64,000 nt of DNA from Octopus sinensis (Eukaryota). The stretch spans positions 10,602,001 through 10,666,000 of the forward strand of contig NC_043009.1 in assembly GCF_006345805.1 (NCBI RefSeq), read 5' to 3'. Below, piece after piece: positions 12,417 to 25,919 of this stretch (position 1 is the first letter of the stretch; every line of letters begins with the position of its first letter). The notes below the pieces were generated by a model. That model had not been told where the DNA came from and searched no databases. It was given only the letters and a program-made list of their open reading frames with translations. A program made the translations under genes and the position numbers.

Positions 12417-15400
12417 CTATGTGACATATCGGTTCCAATAGTTTCGTAGATTTTTAGTGTAATAATCGTAATTATTCTTGAAATATTGTGCTGTATTTTG
12501 TACCTGCGTGATATAACTATTATAATAATTGCGGTATGAGTTATAATATTGACGGAAATTAGTTGCTGTTGTAGACTTTGCTTGATCAAACATTGAGGAA
12601 AATCTAAGTACCACTCTCGTGTAAGTTTTTCTAAGAAGCAATTGGGACTTTTTGTAAGCTTTTTGCGCTCCTAACCAAGCATTGTTCCACAACCTACGTA
12701 TGCCTTGTTTTCTGTTTGTTGCAGGTTGGTACAATCTATTTGTTATTTGATTTACTCCCCTCCACAAGTTAGAAAGCCTAGTCAAAGTTCTCTGAAATAT
12801 GCGCTGGTTCTTTCGATAAATTTTCACGATAACATTCTTTCCGTAATGATAATAGGGTTTTGCCGTAGACACGACTTTGAAGGTTGTCGCGGAATTTCCA
12901 GGGTGTATAATCTTCTTATCCACATGTGTTTTGTTTTCGTACTTGAAAGTGGTTAAGGAACTTTTTGTTGTAGTTAATGTGGTGGATGTGGTTGTTGGTA
13001 ACTGCTTCGCTGGTCGACATACCTTAAGTTTTAATGTTTCCAGTTGCTTATGGCCAACAGAACCGGAATTTGGATTTGGTTGCTGCGCAGCGGCTTTCCT
13101 AACAGTCGCAGGTTTTATAACCAATACAATGCACGTGGATTTAAACTGGTGAACACTTAACCAATTAAAATTGAAAAACAGTCTTAATCTTCGTTGTACC
13201 CAATTAACAATCATCTTCGTGATGAAGAATGTATACTTGTGCTTGGGTGGAATTATTGCAGTCATAGACTTCGACAACCAAGATATGGAAGAAGCAATAT
13301 CTGTCGCCACTAACTTTTTAGATGACTGATCTGGAAATTTGAACATTGATAATTTGTTTACTATCCAGCACAATCGTTTTGATAACTTCTGAGGATTTCT
13401 AATTTTATTGGCATTTGCAACCGTTTTCAGAATTTTAATTCTGACAGAAATACAAACTTTGATAGATGGTTTCATAGTCGCTTTTATTTTGCTGGGTCGA
13501 GTTGAAATTGTCGAAGATGGGAGAGTTGTTAGCATCTTTGTTGTCGCTGTTGTAATTTCTTTTTCAGGAAGTTTTGTTGTTTCATTGGAAATACTGTAGG
13601 ACAATGATGTGGCCCTTGTTCTGTCAGAAGCAATGGGACCTATTTTTGCTGTGGCATTTTGAATAGAAATCGTTCCTGCACTGGAGATATATTGGTTAGC
13701 CAAAGTCACGCTAGGCGTTGTATCGTGAATAGCGAATTGGGTTGTGCGGAAATCAGAATCAGCTTCTATACTTTTCGGTCTGTAAGTTGTAATATTAATA
13801 ATCTTCGACATTAGTGTTGTGGTAATATGATCTGAACTATATATAGTAGCATTGGTATTACTGATTATTGATTCAGTTAAGTTATAAATATTGCTCTTAT
13901 CAATAAACTCTGCAGTCCTGGAGACTTCATCGGTTATATTTGCTTTAGAACTGGATGAAGCACTACTTTCGGTTGTATAGCTTAATTTATCAGTCGTGTA
14001 CTCTCTAGAGAAATCTGTGATATTCTCTGATTTCGACGGGCCTTTTTCTGTTGTTGTATTGAATTGATCGATGAAATCTTCAGTAAATAGAAAATGATCT
14101 GTCGGCTGCCTCTGTGATGAATGTGACATTGTTGCTTCTGGTGTTTGGGAAGATATATCTGTTCGGTTAATCTCAGTCGATGTAGTTATATCTTCAGATA
14201 CATAATAACCTGAAACTTTTGCGTCAGTAGACAGAGTTGATGAAGTGATATCTGATTCTACTGGTGCAACACTGCTAATATTGGTTGTTAAATGATCAGA
14301 TGTTGAAATTTTGTAACCGAACACTAATGTTACATTTTCTGTTTCTGTTTCATTGATTCCGAATGAGGTCTTCTCCATTAATTTGGTTACATCGCCTTCT
14401 GTTCCAAGACGAGTGTGTTGTATATTCTGTGATGTTGAGTCTGATCTTACCGTTTCACCTGTTGTTACACTGTCAGTACTATCTTTAATTGGTGTAAATG
14501 ATATTGTAGTATTTGCCGGTATATGTGTAGAGTATTCGTCTTGTGTTATATTAGTTGTAAGAAAGAGAGAGGTTGTTGTTGTTGGTTGAACAGACGATAC
14601 ATTGGTATCTGTTTCGTTTTCTCCAACAATAGTAACACTGCTGGTTACAGTTTCTGTAATATTGTCAAGGTAAGGTACGAACCGACTTACCTCTAATGAT
14701 GATTGAGTCGATATGTTTGTTGATTCCGTTGTAAATAAAACTTCGGTTCTAAGTTCTTTTCCTTCCTCTGTTGACATTTTACTTGTATTGTAGTCAGTTG
14801 CACTGTATCCAGTGTAATTGCTCACGCTACTTACAGATTGTGTTTCCAATAGTTTAGTGAAATCTGTGCTGGTTTCTTGAGATGTCTGAATTGTAACGTT
14901 TTCAACCCAACTGTCTGGCGTTTCAATACGAGTGCTCGTTGGTTCTGTAGCAGGATATATAGTTTTCCCCTCCTGAATCGAAGAAAAAGTGTTTGAAGAC
15001 TGTGTAATGGCTGGAACGGAACTGGTATCACGAGACGATTCAGATGGTAATGAGATTGCTTCGACTGTTTTCGTATCAGTATAGAATATTTCGTCGTCTT
15101 TGCTTATTGTGCTGGTCTGTAATGTAGTAGAACTTTCAACGGTTTGGTTTAATTTATCAGTCGTGTACTCTCTAGAGAAATCTGTGATATTCTCTGATTT
15201 CGACGGGCCTTTTTCTGTTGTTGTATTGAATTGATCGATGAAATCTTCAGTAAATAGAAAATGATCTGTCGGCTGCCTCGGTGATGAATGTGACATTGTT
15301 GCTTCTGGTGTTTGGGAAGATATATCTGTTCGGTTAATCTCAGTCGATGTAGTTATATCTTCAGATACATAATAACCTGAAACTTTTGCGTCAGTAGACA

Positions 15401-18400
15401 GAGTTGATGAAGTGATATCTGATTCTACTGGTGCAACACTGCTAATATTGGTTGTTAAATGATCAGATGTTGAAATTTTGTAACCGAACACTAATGTTAC
15501 ATTTTCTGTTTCTGTTTCATTGATTCCGAATGAGGTCTTCTCCATTAATTTGGTTACATCGCCTTCTGTTCCAAGACGAGTGTGTTGTATAATCTGTGAT
15601 GTTGAGTCTGATCTTACCGTTTCACCTGTTGTTACACTGTCAGTACTATCTTTAATTGGTGTAAATGATATTGTAGTATTTGCCGGTATATGTGTAGAGT
15701 ATTCGTCTTGTGTTATATTAGTTGTAAGAAAGAGAGAGGTTGTTGTTGGTTGAACAGACGATACATTGGTATCTGTTTCGTTTTCTCCAACAATAGTAAC
15801 ACTGCTGGTTACAGTTTCTGTAATATTGTCAAGGTAAGGTACGAACCGACTTACCTCTAATGATGAATGAGTCGATATGTTTGTTGATTCCGTTGTAAAT
15901 AAAACTTCGGTTCTAAGTTCTTTTCCTTCCTCTGTTGACATTTTACTTGTATTGTAGTCAGTTGCACTGTATCCAGTGTAATTGCTCACGCTACTTACAG
16001 ATTGTGTTTCCAATAGTTTAGTGAAATCTGTGCTGGTTTCTTGAGATGTCTGAATTGTAACGTTTTCAACCCAACTGTCTGGCGTTTCAATACGAGTGCT
16101 CGTTGGTTCTGTAGCAGGATATATAGTTTTCCCCTCCTGAATCGAAGAAAAAGTGTTTGAAGACTGTGTAATGGCTGGAACGGAACTGGTATCACGAGAC
16201 GATTCAGATGGTAATGAGATTGCTTCGACTGTTTTCGTATCAGTATAGAATATTTCGTCGTCTTTGCTTATTGTGCTGGTCTGTAATGTAGTAGAACTTT
16301 CAACGGTTTGGTTTAATTTATCAGTCGTGTACTCTCTAGAGAAATCTGTGATATTCTCTGATTTCGACGGGCCTTTTTCTGTTGTTGTATTGAATTGATC
16401 GATGAAATCTTCAGTAAATAGAAAATGATCTGTCGGCTGCCTCGGTGATGAATGTGACATTGTTGCTTCTGGTGTTTGGGAAGATATATCTGTTCGGTTA
16501 ATCTCAGTCGATGTAGTTATATCTTCAGATACATGGTAATCTGAAACTTTTGCGTCAGTAGACAGAATTGATGAAGTGATATCTGATTCTACTGGTGCAA
16601 CGCTGCTTATATTGGTTGTTAAATGATCAGATGTCGAAATTTTGTAACCGAACACTAATGTTACATTCTCTATTTCTGTTTCATTGATTCCGAATGAAGT
16701 CTTCTCCATTAATTTGGTCGCATTGTCTTCTGTTTCATGACTAGTCTGTCGTGTTACACTATCAGTAAAATCTTTAATAGGAGTGAATGACACCGTGCCA
16801 TTCGGAGCTGTATGTGTAGAGTATTCTTCCTTTGTTTCAGCAGTTTCAGGAAAGAGAGAAGATGTGGATGTTGATTGAGTTGGTGACACACTAAAATATG
16901 TTTCATTTACTCCTGTAGTAATTACGCTACTGGTCATAGTTTCTTCGCCACCTTCTTTGCTTGATGTTTTACCCTGAAAAGCCGATGTAACATTATCAAG
17001 GAAAGGTACGAACCGAGTTAGCTCAGATGAAGATTCAATCGAGGTGTTTGCTACATCTATAGTAAATAAAACTTCGGTTTTAAGTTCTTTTCCTTCCTCT
17101 GTTGACATTTTACTCGTGTCGTAGTCTGTTGCACTGTATCCAGTGTAATTTCTCAAGCTATCTACAGATTGTGTTTCCAATAGTTTAGTGAAATCTGTGC
17201 TGGCTTCTTTAGATGTCTGAATTGTAACGTTTTCAACCCAACTGTCTGGTGTTTCAATACGAGTGCTCGTTGGTTCTGTAGCAGGATATATAGTTTTCCC
17301 CTCCTGAATCGAAGAAAAAGTTTTTGAAGATTGCGGAATGGCTGGAACGGAACTGGTATCACGAGACGATTCAGATGCTATTGAGATTGCTTCGACTGTT
17401 TTCGTATCAGTATAGAATATTTCGTCGTCTTTGCTTATTGTCCTGGTCTGTAATGTAGTAGAACTTTCAACGGTTTGGTTTAATTTATCCGTGGTGTACT
17501 CTCTAGAGAAATCTGTGATATTCTCTGATTTCGACGGGCCTTTTTCTGTTGTTGTATTGAACTGATCGATGAAATCTTCAGTAAATAGAAAACGATCTGT
17601 CGGCTGTCTCTGTGATGAATGTGACATTGTTGCTTCTGATGTTTGGGAAGATATATCTGTTCGGTTAATCTCAGTCGATGTAGTTATATCTTCAGATACA
17701 TAATAACCTGAAACGTTTGCGACAGTAGACAGAGTTGATGAAGTGATATCTGATTCTACTGGTGCAACGCTGCTAATATTGGTTGCTAAATGGTCAGATG
17801 TCGAAATTTTGTAATCGAACACTAATGTTACATTTTCTGTTTCTGTTTCATTGATTCCGAATGAGGTCTTCTCCGTTACTTTGGTCGCATCGCCTTCTGT
17901 TCCAAGACGAGTCTGTTGTATAGTCTGTGACGTTGAGTCTGATCTTACTGTTTCACCTGTTGTTACACTGTCAGTACTATCTTTAATTGGTGTAAATGAT
18001 ATTGTAGTATTTGCCGGTATATGAGTAGAGTATTCTTCTTGTGTTATACTAGTTGTGAGAAAGAGAGATGTTGTCGTTGGTTGAACAGACGACACATTGA
18101 AATCTGTTTCGTTTTCCCTAGCAGTAATAGTTTTGTCTAAAACACGGGTTGTAGATATATTTGTTCTGCTAATTTCAGTCAATTCAGTAACATCCTCAGA
18201 TACATAATAGTCTGGAAGTCTTGTGTCTGTAGCCTTTGATGGGATTGTTGTGTCAGAGGTTGTATCTGTGTGAAATTCTTTTGTGACTGGTGGAGATCTT
18301 GATGTCTTCGCGGCTGTAACATTTAATTTTACTTTCAGTGTAGAATCTGACGTGAATGTACTTGCTTCAGAAAGATGTCGAGATGTTGTCGTAGCTGTTG

Positions 18401-18526
18401 TGACATGTGATACGCTTTTCTGAGAGTCTTCATCGTGAGAGACACTTGTCGACTTCGTCTGATATGTGCTCGCTGTTTGGATAAGTCTTGCGGTGGTTTT
18501 ATATAGCAATATGTCACAAGTTGTTC
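12417..18526 (-). CDS. Terminal exon D (6110 nt): last EGF Cys, mucin-like S/T/E-rich repeats, cationic C-terminal domain
   Basis: A 2039-codon open frame with acceptor ttttcttctttttgttaatag| at 18527. Phase 1 completes the EGF (PPERT-G-TTCDI). Stop TAG at 12417-12419. The four exons total 6510 nt = 2170 codons. Confidence 0.88.
13985..18117 (-). repeat. Coding tandem repeat, ~3.5 units of ~1165-1200 bp
   Basis: Alternate-frame ORFs recur with periods of 1164 and 1167 bp (14831/15995/17162 and 14353/15520). The protein repeats ENETD.NVSSVQPTTT...TTDKL. Confidence 0.93.
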
Positions 18527-18662
18527 CTATTAACAAAAAGAAGAAAACAAAGATATAAACGCATGTTTATTATCATAGACATAAAGCTTTAGACAAATAT
18601 ATTTGAAAATATTGATGAAGAAAATTAACCTAAAAATGTGATGCTTGGGAGATTGAGATCTT

Positions 18663-18878
18663 CGAGGGGTTCTGAAAAGTTACTGGCTTTGGGTAAAAGA
18701 AAATACAGGAGGATCAGTTGATTAGGATTTTATTTAACATATTCCCCCTCTCAGATTCACACACTTATTGCAGCAGTTCTTCAGTTTTCTAACTCCTGTA
18801 AGAGATCTCGGAAGGTTAGGCCTCCAACCAGGCCTTTCGCAAAATCCTTAAAGCCAGGAAGTTTTCAGCACCCTCTCG
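18663..18878. mobile_element. Mariner-type MITE
   Basis: ~28-bp TIRs cgagggg(t)tctgaaaagttactggcttt / aaagccaggaagttttcagcaccctctcg followed by TA. A second, inverted copy lies at 26367-26586. Confidence 0.75.
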
Positions 18879-18914
18879 TAGTAGCTCAATCCTTCATCAC
18901 TGGTTCCCTTAGAC

Positions 18915-19264
18915 CAGGGTTTCTCAACGATTTTTAAAATCTGTGAACCCCTTTGATTACTATTTTATTCTGATGGACCATGCAACCATTCGATGATTAT
19001 AAATTAGTTTTATGGAAACTTCCTCTATAATTCCTATTTTGTATTTCACCCATTCACTTGTATTTGTCGAATAATGTAAAATGTTAGAGAAAGAAACCTG
19101 GCTGTTTCTTGCAATATACATCAATACATACATCTAAAGCAAAATATTTTTAGGGACCATTAAAATACTATTGTAGGCCCCCAATTTACTATTTTGTTGC
19201 GCGGATCCCCAAGAATCTTATGTGGACCCTCAGAAGCCATATGGACCCCGGATGAGAACCAATG
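18915..19264. mobile_element. hAT/Charlie-type MITE
   Basis: Termini cagggtttctcaac...gatgagaaccaatg and an imperfect 8-bp TSD (ccttagac/atttagac) resembling the Charlie NTCTAGAN target. Confidence 0.65.
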
Positions 19265-20274
19265 ATTTAGACGATACACTTAAATGAATTAAAGTCGATT
19301 GTTCAGTGGAGAGTTTACAACTGTGATGGTGGACAAGAGCCTACTAAGTGACAATGTAATTGAGTGGTAACCTCACATGGTCAACTAATAATCAGTGTAA
19401 CAGAGCCATTGAAGGTTTAAACGGTGAGAAGTATTGTTGCTATTTTTTCAGTCTCAGACAATCTGTTTAGATTTCTGGAATGTCTTTTATCAAGAGGTTG
19501 CTCGATCAGAGCTGACATGGAGCTGAACTACTATAATTATCTTTCCCCCCTGTTTAAGCCTTATCAGTTCAGACTCTCTGTTAAGTAGTTAAGCTAATTG
19601 TGGCCCTGATAAATTGTTTCCTTGTCGTTCCTGAATCATTAATGTTACCCATTAGGTTATTTGGCCCTTTCTGGAATCTTTCTGTATTTACTCTATCTCA
19701 TAGAAATACCATGTTCACCTTCATGTGTAACTCAATGTTCTAGCTTGAAAGTATTTGTGTAAGGGGTTTAGTTCCAGATTAACACAGATCAAGCACATCT
19801 CTAACCAAAGGCATTCCACCCGTGACCTTTTCATTTTTGGGGACATAGCTTATTTTCGATTGCATCAGCTAATTTCTCCTTCATTGCTTTAAAAATCAGA
19901 AATGGGTATTAGTTTAAGATATATTTTGTTGCAGTTTTTGAAAGTCGAGTAATCATATAGCAGTTCTCTTTTTTTTGCTCAGAGCGTTTAAGTGGTAACT
20001 GCTGCGGAGTTCAAACATATCTGTAAACAACTATCGGCTAAACAAGAAATTATTTGTGTTTACCAATGTTGAGACAGTACAGGAAAAGGAAGCTTTCGGT
20101 AGAATTACAATAACCTCACGGAATATGAGAATTACAATGTGCTTACAGTTTCTGCAACTGCAGACACAAGCAATCTTAAAAAACAAAAACAATGAAAAAA
20201 CATGCGAAACAACTTAATGAACTATAACAGAAACAGCATTTGCAACAAAAAAAAGATGATAAAAATCACACACA

Positions 20275-20315
<41 letters not shown>

Positions 20316-20399
20316 ACACACAGTAGTAGCAACATTAATAACCGCATTAGCTTCGAACAGTGCACTGGCATGCACAGCAACAATAACAAGTATTTTTTT

Positions 20400-20785
20400 T
20401 GGAAGCACTCCGTCGGTTACGACGATGAGGGTTCCGGTTGATCCGAATCAACGGAACAGCCTGCTCGTGAAATTAACGTGCAAGTGGCTGAGCACTCCAC
20501 AGACACGTGTACCCTTAGCGTAGTTCTCGGGGATATTCAGCGTGACGCAGAGAGTGACAAGCCCGGCCCTTTGAAATACAGGTACAACAGAAACAGGAAG
20601 TAAGAGTGAGAGAAAGTTGTGGTGAAAGAGTACAGCAGGGATCACCACCATCCCCTGCCGGAGCCTCGTGGAGCTTTTAGGTGTTTTCGCTCAATAAACA
20701 CTCACAACGCCCGGTCTGGGAATCGAAACCGCGATCCTATGACCGCGAGTCCGCTGCCCTAACCACTAGGCCATTGCGCCTCCAC
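20400..20785 (-). mobile_element. Full SINE family C with poly(A) tail and 12-bp TSD
   Basis: tRNA-like head with A box tggcctagtgg and B box tttcgattccc, T-run tail on the plus strand, TSD aataacaagtat at 20382-20393 and 20787-20798. Confidence 0.9.
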
Positions 20786-21607
20786 TAATAACAAGTATAG
20801 AATAGAGACAGCCGTCCTGTGCAGATCGAGTTTTTCTTGCCCGCATCTTTCAGAATATAAACCCCCAGGAACAGAATGAAAATTAAGGAGAGTCTGACAT
20901 GTCTAATCTGTTACACTAACTCACATAAAATTACCCACGGAATGTCAGAATGGCCAATATGCTCCTTTGCTAAACTGAGGTATATTCAGACGTTTAGTGA
21001 ACAGTCTATAAGAAATGCATAAACTAAGTCAGAACTAATCTGGTGCTACAAAGCAATAACAGGCATAGAACAATAATAGATAAGAGCTCTAGATGAAATG
21101 GGATTGTGTTAGTTAAGCATATTTGCTGGAGGCAAAAATGCAGTGCTGGGGACATAGTGTGAACCTACCAGCGTGCGTTTGGTGACAGGATATGGACTTC
21201 TGAGCATGCTTTATGATCGAACATCAGCCACTGCCGAGCGTGTGTTTTGTGCTAGGATTTGAACCTTCCAATGTGCGATTGGTGATTATGACATTAAGCG
21301 CCGAACATATTTGTAGGTTGGCCAGCCATTTACCAACTCGATCCAATACTTATCTATTTAAATATAAAACAGGAAGAGAAAGAAAAAGAAAAAGAAATAA
21401 AAGCCTGAAATAGCATATCTCTCTCTTGATACATATGTACCATACGTACGTACATACATACATACATACATACATAAATACATACATACATACATACATA
21501 CATACATACATACATGTACTAGACCGAAATCCTTTGCACAGTGTAGAGAATATACCTCCAACATTGCCCAAGCGACCTTAGCACCAAGTCTGCAATTCAG
21601 TTTACAT

Positions 21608-21938
21608 GTGAAGTCGCATAGCTCAGTGGTAAAAGCGTCGGGCTCACAATCATGAGTTAGTGAGTTCGATTCCCGGACCGTGTAGTGTATTGTGTTCTTG
21701 AGTAAGACACTTTATTTCATGTTGCTCCAGTTCACTCAGCTATAGAAATAAGTTGCGACATCGCTGGCGCCAAGCTGTATCGAATTTTGCCTTTCTCTTG
21801 GATAACATAGGTAGCGTGGAGAGGAGAGGCTTGTATGCACAGGCGACTGCTGGTCTTCGATAAACAACCAGACTTGTGCCTCAGAGGGAAACTTTCTAGG
21901 CGCAATCTCATGGTCAGTCACGACCGCAGCGAGTGTTT
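21608..21938 (+). mobile_element. SINE family D (tRNA-Arg-like head, CORE-like segment)
   Basis: tagctcagtggt...gagttcgattccc...ttcttgagtaagacactttatttca...catggtcagtcacgacc. Confidence 0.8.
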
Positions 21939-22396
21939 ACCGTTTACAATTCATCCAAGGTTGGGTCCTTGTGTCATACACCTCTTACAAAAAATCGGGC
22001 TCACAATACATAACCATAGTGCAATACAATTTCTTTCTCTCGACGGGCCTGCTCTCTTTTTTTATATTATCGCAAAACAAATCAAAGAAAAAAAATATCC
22101 TATAACCTTCAAACGATATCCGAACAAGTTTCTTCAAGGGACACAACTCAGTGGACAATAATTACTGAATAGGATGAAATACCACAGATCTTGACTTAAG
22201 CATGATTTAAAAGATTATATATCACATGAGACCATTAAGTTAGACATGGCCTGGACTAATTTTGACCGAAGCATATCTAAGTAATGAAAAGATAAATATT
22301 TTATTCAGGACGGTCCAATGGGCACTTACTCTGAGTTTTTACTGTGTTCCACGACTTCTTGTCTAGCCAAGCCAGCTTTCTCCCATACATACATAT

Positions 22397-22514
<118 letters not shown>

Positions 22515-22931
22515 TGTATATAGCCATATATATATATACATTCACGTGGTAATTTTGGAGGGAGATACGAATTCGCCTGTCTATATAAATGTAGAGATGC
22601 TAGCGGAGCGTTATATCGTTCGATGTCGCCTGGTCGAGCTGGTGTAATGGGTGAGTTTTTTTCCTAGCATTTCTAGATTTATAGGAAATATTATATTGAC
22701 AAGGAAATGAACTTTCGGTTCTAATCCAGAAACGGATTCATCTATAATTAATCCAATAGGCTGGGATTTCGCTGTCTTCTTTCTCTTTACCATATACGGG
22801 TTACAAATTCTGTTTGTTTGTGGAGACTTTTTTACTAGTAGTAGAAATAGTGATCTATTTGGCTGCTATTTCTAATATTTTCGGTATGTGGTTTTGAGCA
22901 ACTTGTTGCAATTAACCCTTTATTATAAATA

Positions 22932-22975
<44 letters not shown>

Positions 22976-23116
22976 TGTCACAATGAGGATATTTAGACCT
23001 ATCATAGGGATATTTTTATCCAAGATACACTGGTTTCCTATATTATACTTTGAAGAGATATTTCATCAATGAATATATTATGTAAAATACTATAAAATAT
23101 CAAATATTATAATTAA

Positions 23117-23565
23117 GTTTGAAAACGGAGAGATCTAATGGATATAAACTGATTCATTAATTAATTAACATCTTCACCTACAATTGTTTCATTTCACAAG
23201 CAAAATTAAAACTACAAAACATATATAAATGTATAATCTTGCATTTTATAATACCTTGGATGGAAAATCATCAGGGTGTACAAAGGACAATACAAGGGTT
23301 ATATTATAATCGTTTGGAATACTCAGAATATATAATCATGTTTATTTGAGTCTGTATTTCGGGTATTCAACGCATCATAATGTAACCCTTCTATTGTCCT
23401 TTATGTACCCTGATGATTTTCTACCCAAGGTGTTTTAAAATGCAAGATTTTATATTTATATGTTTTGTAGTTTTAATTTTGTTTGAGAAATGAAACAATT
23501 GTAGTTGAAGATGTTAATTAATTAATAAATTGATTCATATCTATTGGATCTCTCCGTTTTCAAAC
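23117..23565. mobile_element. Near-perfect ~450-bp palindromic element flanked by TTAA, with a hammerhead-like core in each arm
   Basis: Arms of ~200 bp (gtttgaaaacggagagatc.../...gatctctccgttttcaaac). TTAA at 23113-23116 and 23566-23569. CTGATGA...GAAACAATTGTA at 23175-23278 (-) and 23406-23507 (+). Confidence 0.85.
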
Positions 23566-23906
23566 TTAATAAAAAATTAGAGAAAGGATGAGGAAAAAAC
23601 GAAAGGGGAGGAGAGATAAAAAGAATTAGAGAGAACAAAAGAGTAAACGAAAGAGTGATAGAATAATAGAATAATAGAAGAGAAATCTATGTGTGGTATC
23701 TGTGTTTGTCCCTCCCATCCCCACTTGACAGCCGGTGTGGGTGTGTTTACGTGCACGTAACTTAACGGTTCAGCAATAGAGACCCAGAGAATAAGTACTA
23801 GGCTTTAAAAAATAAGCACTGGGTGGCTTCATTCGACTAAAAATTCAAGTCGGAGCCCCAGCATGGCTGCAATCTAATGACTGAAACAGATAAAAGATAA
23901 AAGATA

Positions 23907-23956
<50 letters not shown>

Positions 23957-23983
23957 TATATAGATATATATATATATATATAT

Positions 23984-24048
23984 ACTTTGATACTTTGATA
24001 GGTTTCGGCCATTATTGGCCCAGGCCATGTCTAACTTAATAGCACCAC
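23984..24048 (-). mobile_element. 65-bp 3' terminus of the CR1-type LINE
   Basis: Identical to the 3' end of the 58971-60465 element, including its ATCAAAGT tail repeats. Confidence 0.85.
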
Positions 24049-24412
24049 GATATATAAATATCGTGTACATTAAAACACATTAAGAGGCTTCCAAATAGGA
24101 AACCCTTGTGCTAGAAAGAGCAGTAGAAAACTCGAACCACTAATTAGGTATAAATTCTCGAAAGGAATGATTCTTTCGAGTATATATGTATGTATATATA
24201 TGTATGTAAACGCACACATACATATATATATATATATAAATGTATGTATGTATGTATACATACATACATATATGAAAATATATGTATACATACATACATA
24301 CATATATTTATATATATGTATTTGTGTATGCATGGTTATATATATAAATGTATATATATATATTTATATACACACATATATATATATACACGTACACGCA
24401 CACACACACACA

Positions 24413-24455
<43 letters not shown>

Positions 24456-24553
24456 AGTGTATACATACATACATATATATAAATGTATGTATACATACAT
24501 ATATATGTATCTGTGTATGCATGGTTATGTATATATTATATGTATATATATAT

Positions 24554-24595
<42 letters not shown>

Positions 24596-25132
24596 ATATA
24601 TATTATATACATACATACACGGATACGGATACACAGAAAACCACAGGAGCACATTTAACTCAAATGAACTCAGATGATAATAATAAAATAACTTAACGTG
24701 AAAGCAATAAGAAAACTATCAGCTTTCCAATGTTATCTCATTGGCAAAAAGAAAAAGAAAAAAAAATTATAAAACCACCAACATCCAACTGTTACAATAG
24801 CATCAATAATAAGAACAAAACCAATCCGTCTGACTTCTAATATTAGTTCTCTTGGAACGGGTACAAATGGTCTATATTTTTAGGATATGGCAAGTGGACA
24901 GCAGTAATGCCCGTGTTGTTTTAATAGCATTAACAGCTGTCGTAACTGAAAGGAAACAAGCTACAAACGAACAGTGAAATCGGAAGCAGGTAGCCAGAAG
25001 TATATTTTTTTGATTTGGTATTATATATGGGATTGTGATACGTACGCATACCATGTGCAAACGTACGTATATAAACGTACATACACGCGTGCACGCACAA
25101 ACACACATGCAACAATTGATATGCTTATATGT

Positions 25133-25365
25133 GGTGGCGAGCTGGCAGAAACGTTAGCACGCTGGGCGAAATGCGTAGCCGTATTTCGTCTGCCGTTACG
25201 TTCTGAGTTCAAATTCCGCCGAGGTCGACTTTGCCTTTCATCCTTTCGGGGTCGATAAATTAAGTACCGGTAACGCACTGGGGTCGATGTAATCGACTTA
25301 ATTCGTTTGTCTGTCCTTGTTTGTCCCCTCTGTGTATAGCCCCTTGTGGATAAAAAAGAAACATA
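25133..25365 (+). mobile_element. SINE family A monomer
   Basis: Full head, core and tail match to 6915-7145. Confidence 0.85.
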
Positions 25366-25757
25366 TATGTGGTGTGTGTATGTGTGTGTTTGTGTGTGTG
25401 TGTTACTGAGTGTTAGATTTCATTCGTCATCCGATTTAACACCTCCATATGGTCCACGTGTATGTTTAGCGGAGATCATTCCGGCCAGGATAACGTACTC
25501 TCTTCGTTCACGCAGTCTCGGAGGTGTGTTGGCTAAAATATATTCGTGTATCGTCACATTTAACACATTCGGTTGTATTAGGGCGTGATAAGCCCTTTCG
25601 CTGCGGAAATAGTTGTGCGATATCAGTGCATGGGTGAAACTGTTGCCGTTAATATTCTGTATAAACTATTCGTAGTCAACATCTTCAGGGCAAGAGAAGA
25701 ACAGAGTAGAACGTTGTGAGTGTTCTCTAAGGACGCGTCTCACGTTGCTGGGTAGCG

Positions 25758-25799
<42 letters not shown>

Positions 25800-25919
25800 A
25801 GAGAGAGTGAAAGAGAGAGTCAAACCATTTCTTGGGTAGAACGGGGAAAAACGAAGTTGTCCTCTGCTGTAAAGTATAATCAGAAGATATTTATTGTAAG
25901 GTACTACACCGAAATTGTG

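Noticed and set aside
13100-13300. Possible transmembrane helix in the C-terminal domain (FFITKMIVNWVQRRLRLFFNFNWLSVHQFKSTCIVLVIKP)
   Set aside because: Hydrophobic runs are short and broken by K/R/Q/N; there is no 18-20 aa apolar stretch.
12705-18517. Short ORFs overlapping the large exon in other frames or on the opposite strand
   Set aside because: They are shadows of the long coding repeat and recur with the repeat period.
22555-22793. Helitron helicase-like words (LIIDE, LVNIIFPINL, TGEF)
   Set aside because: Too short and degenerate to support without a search.
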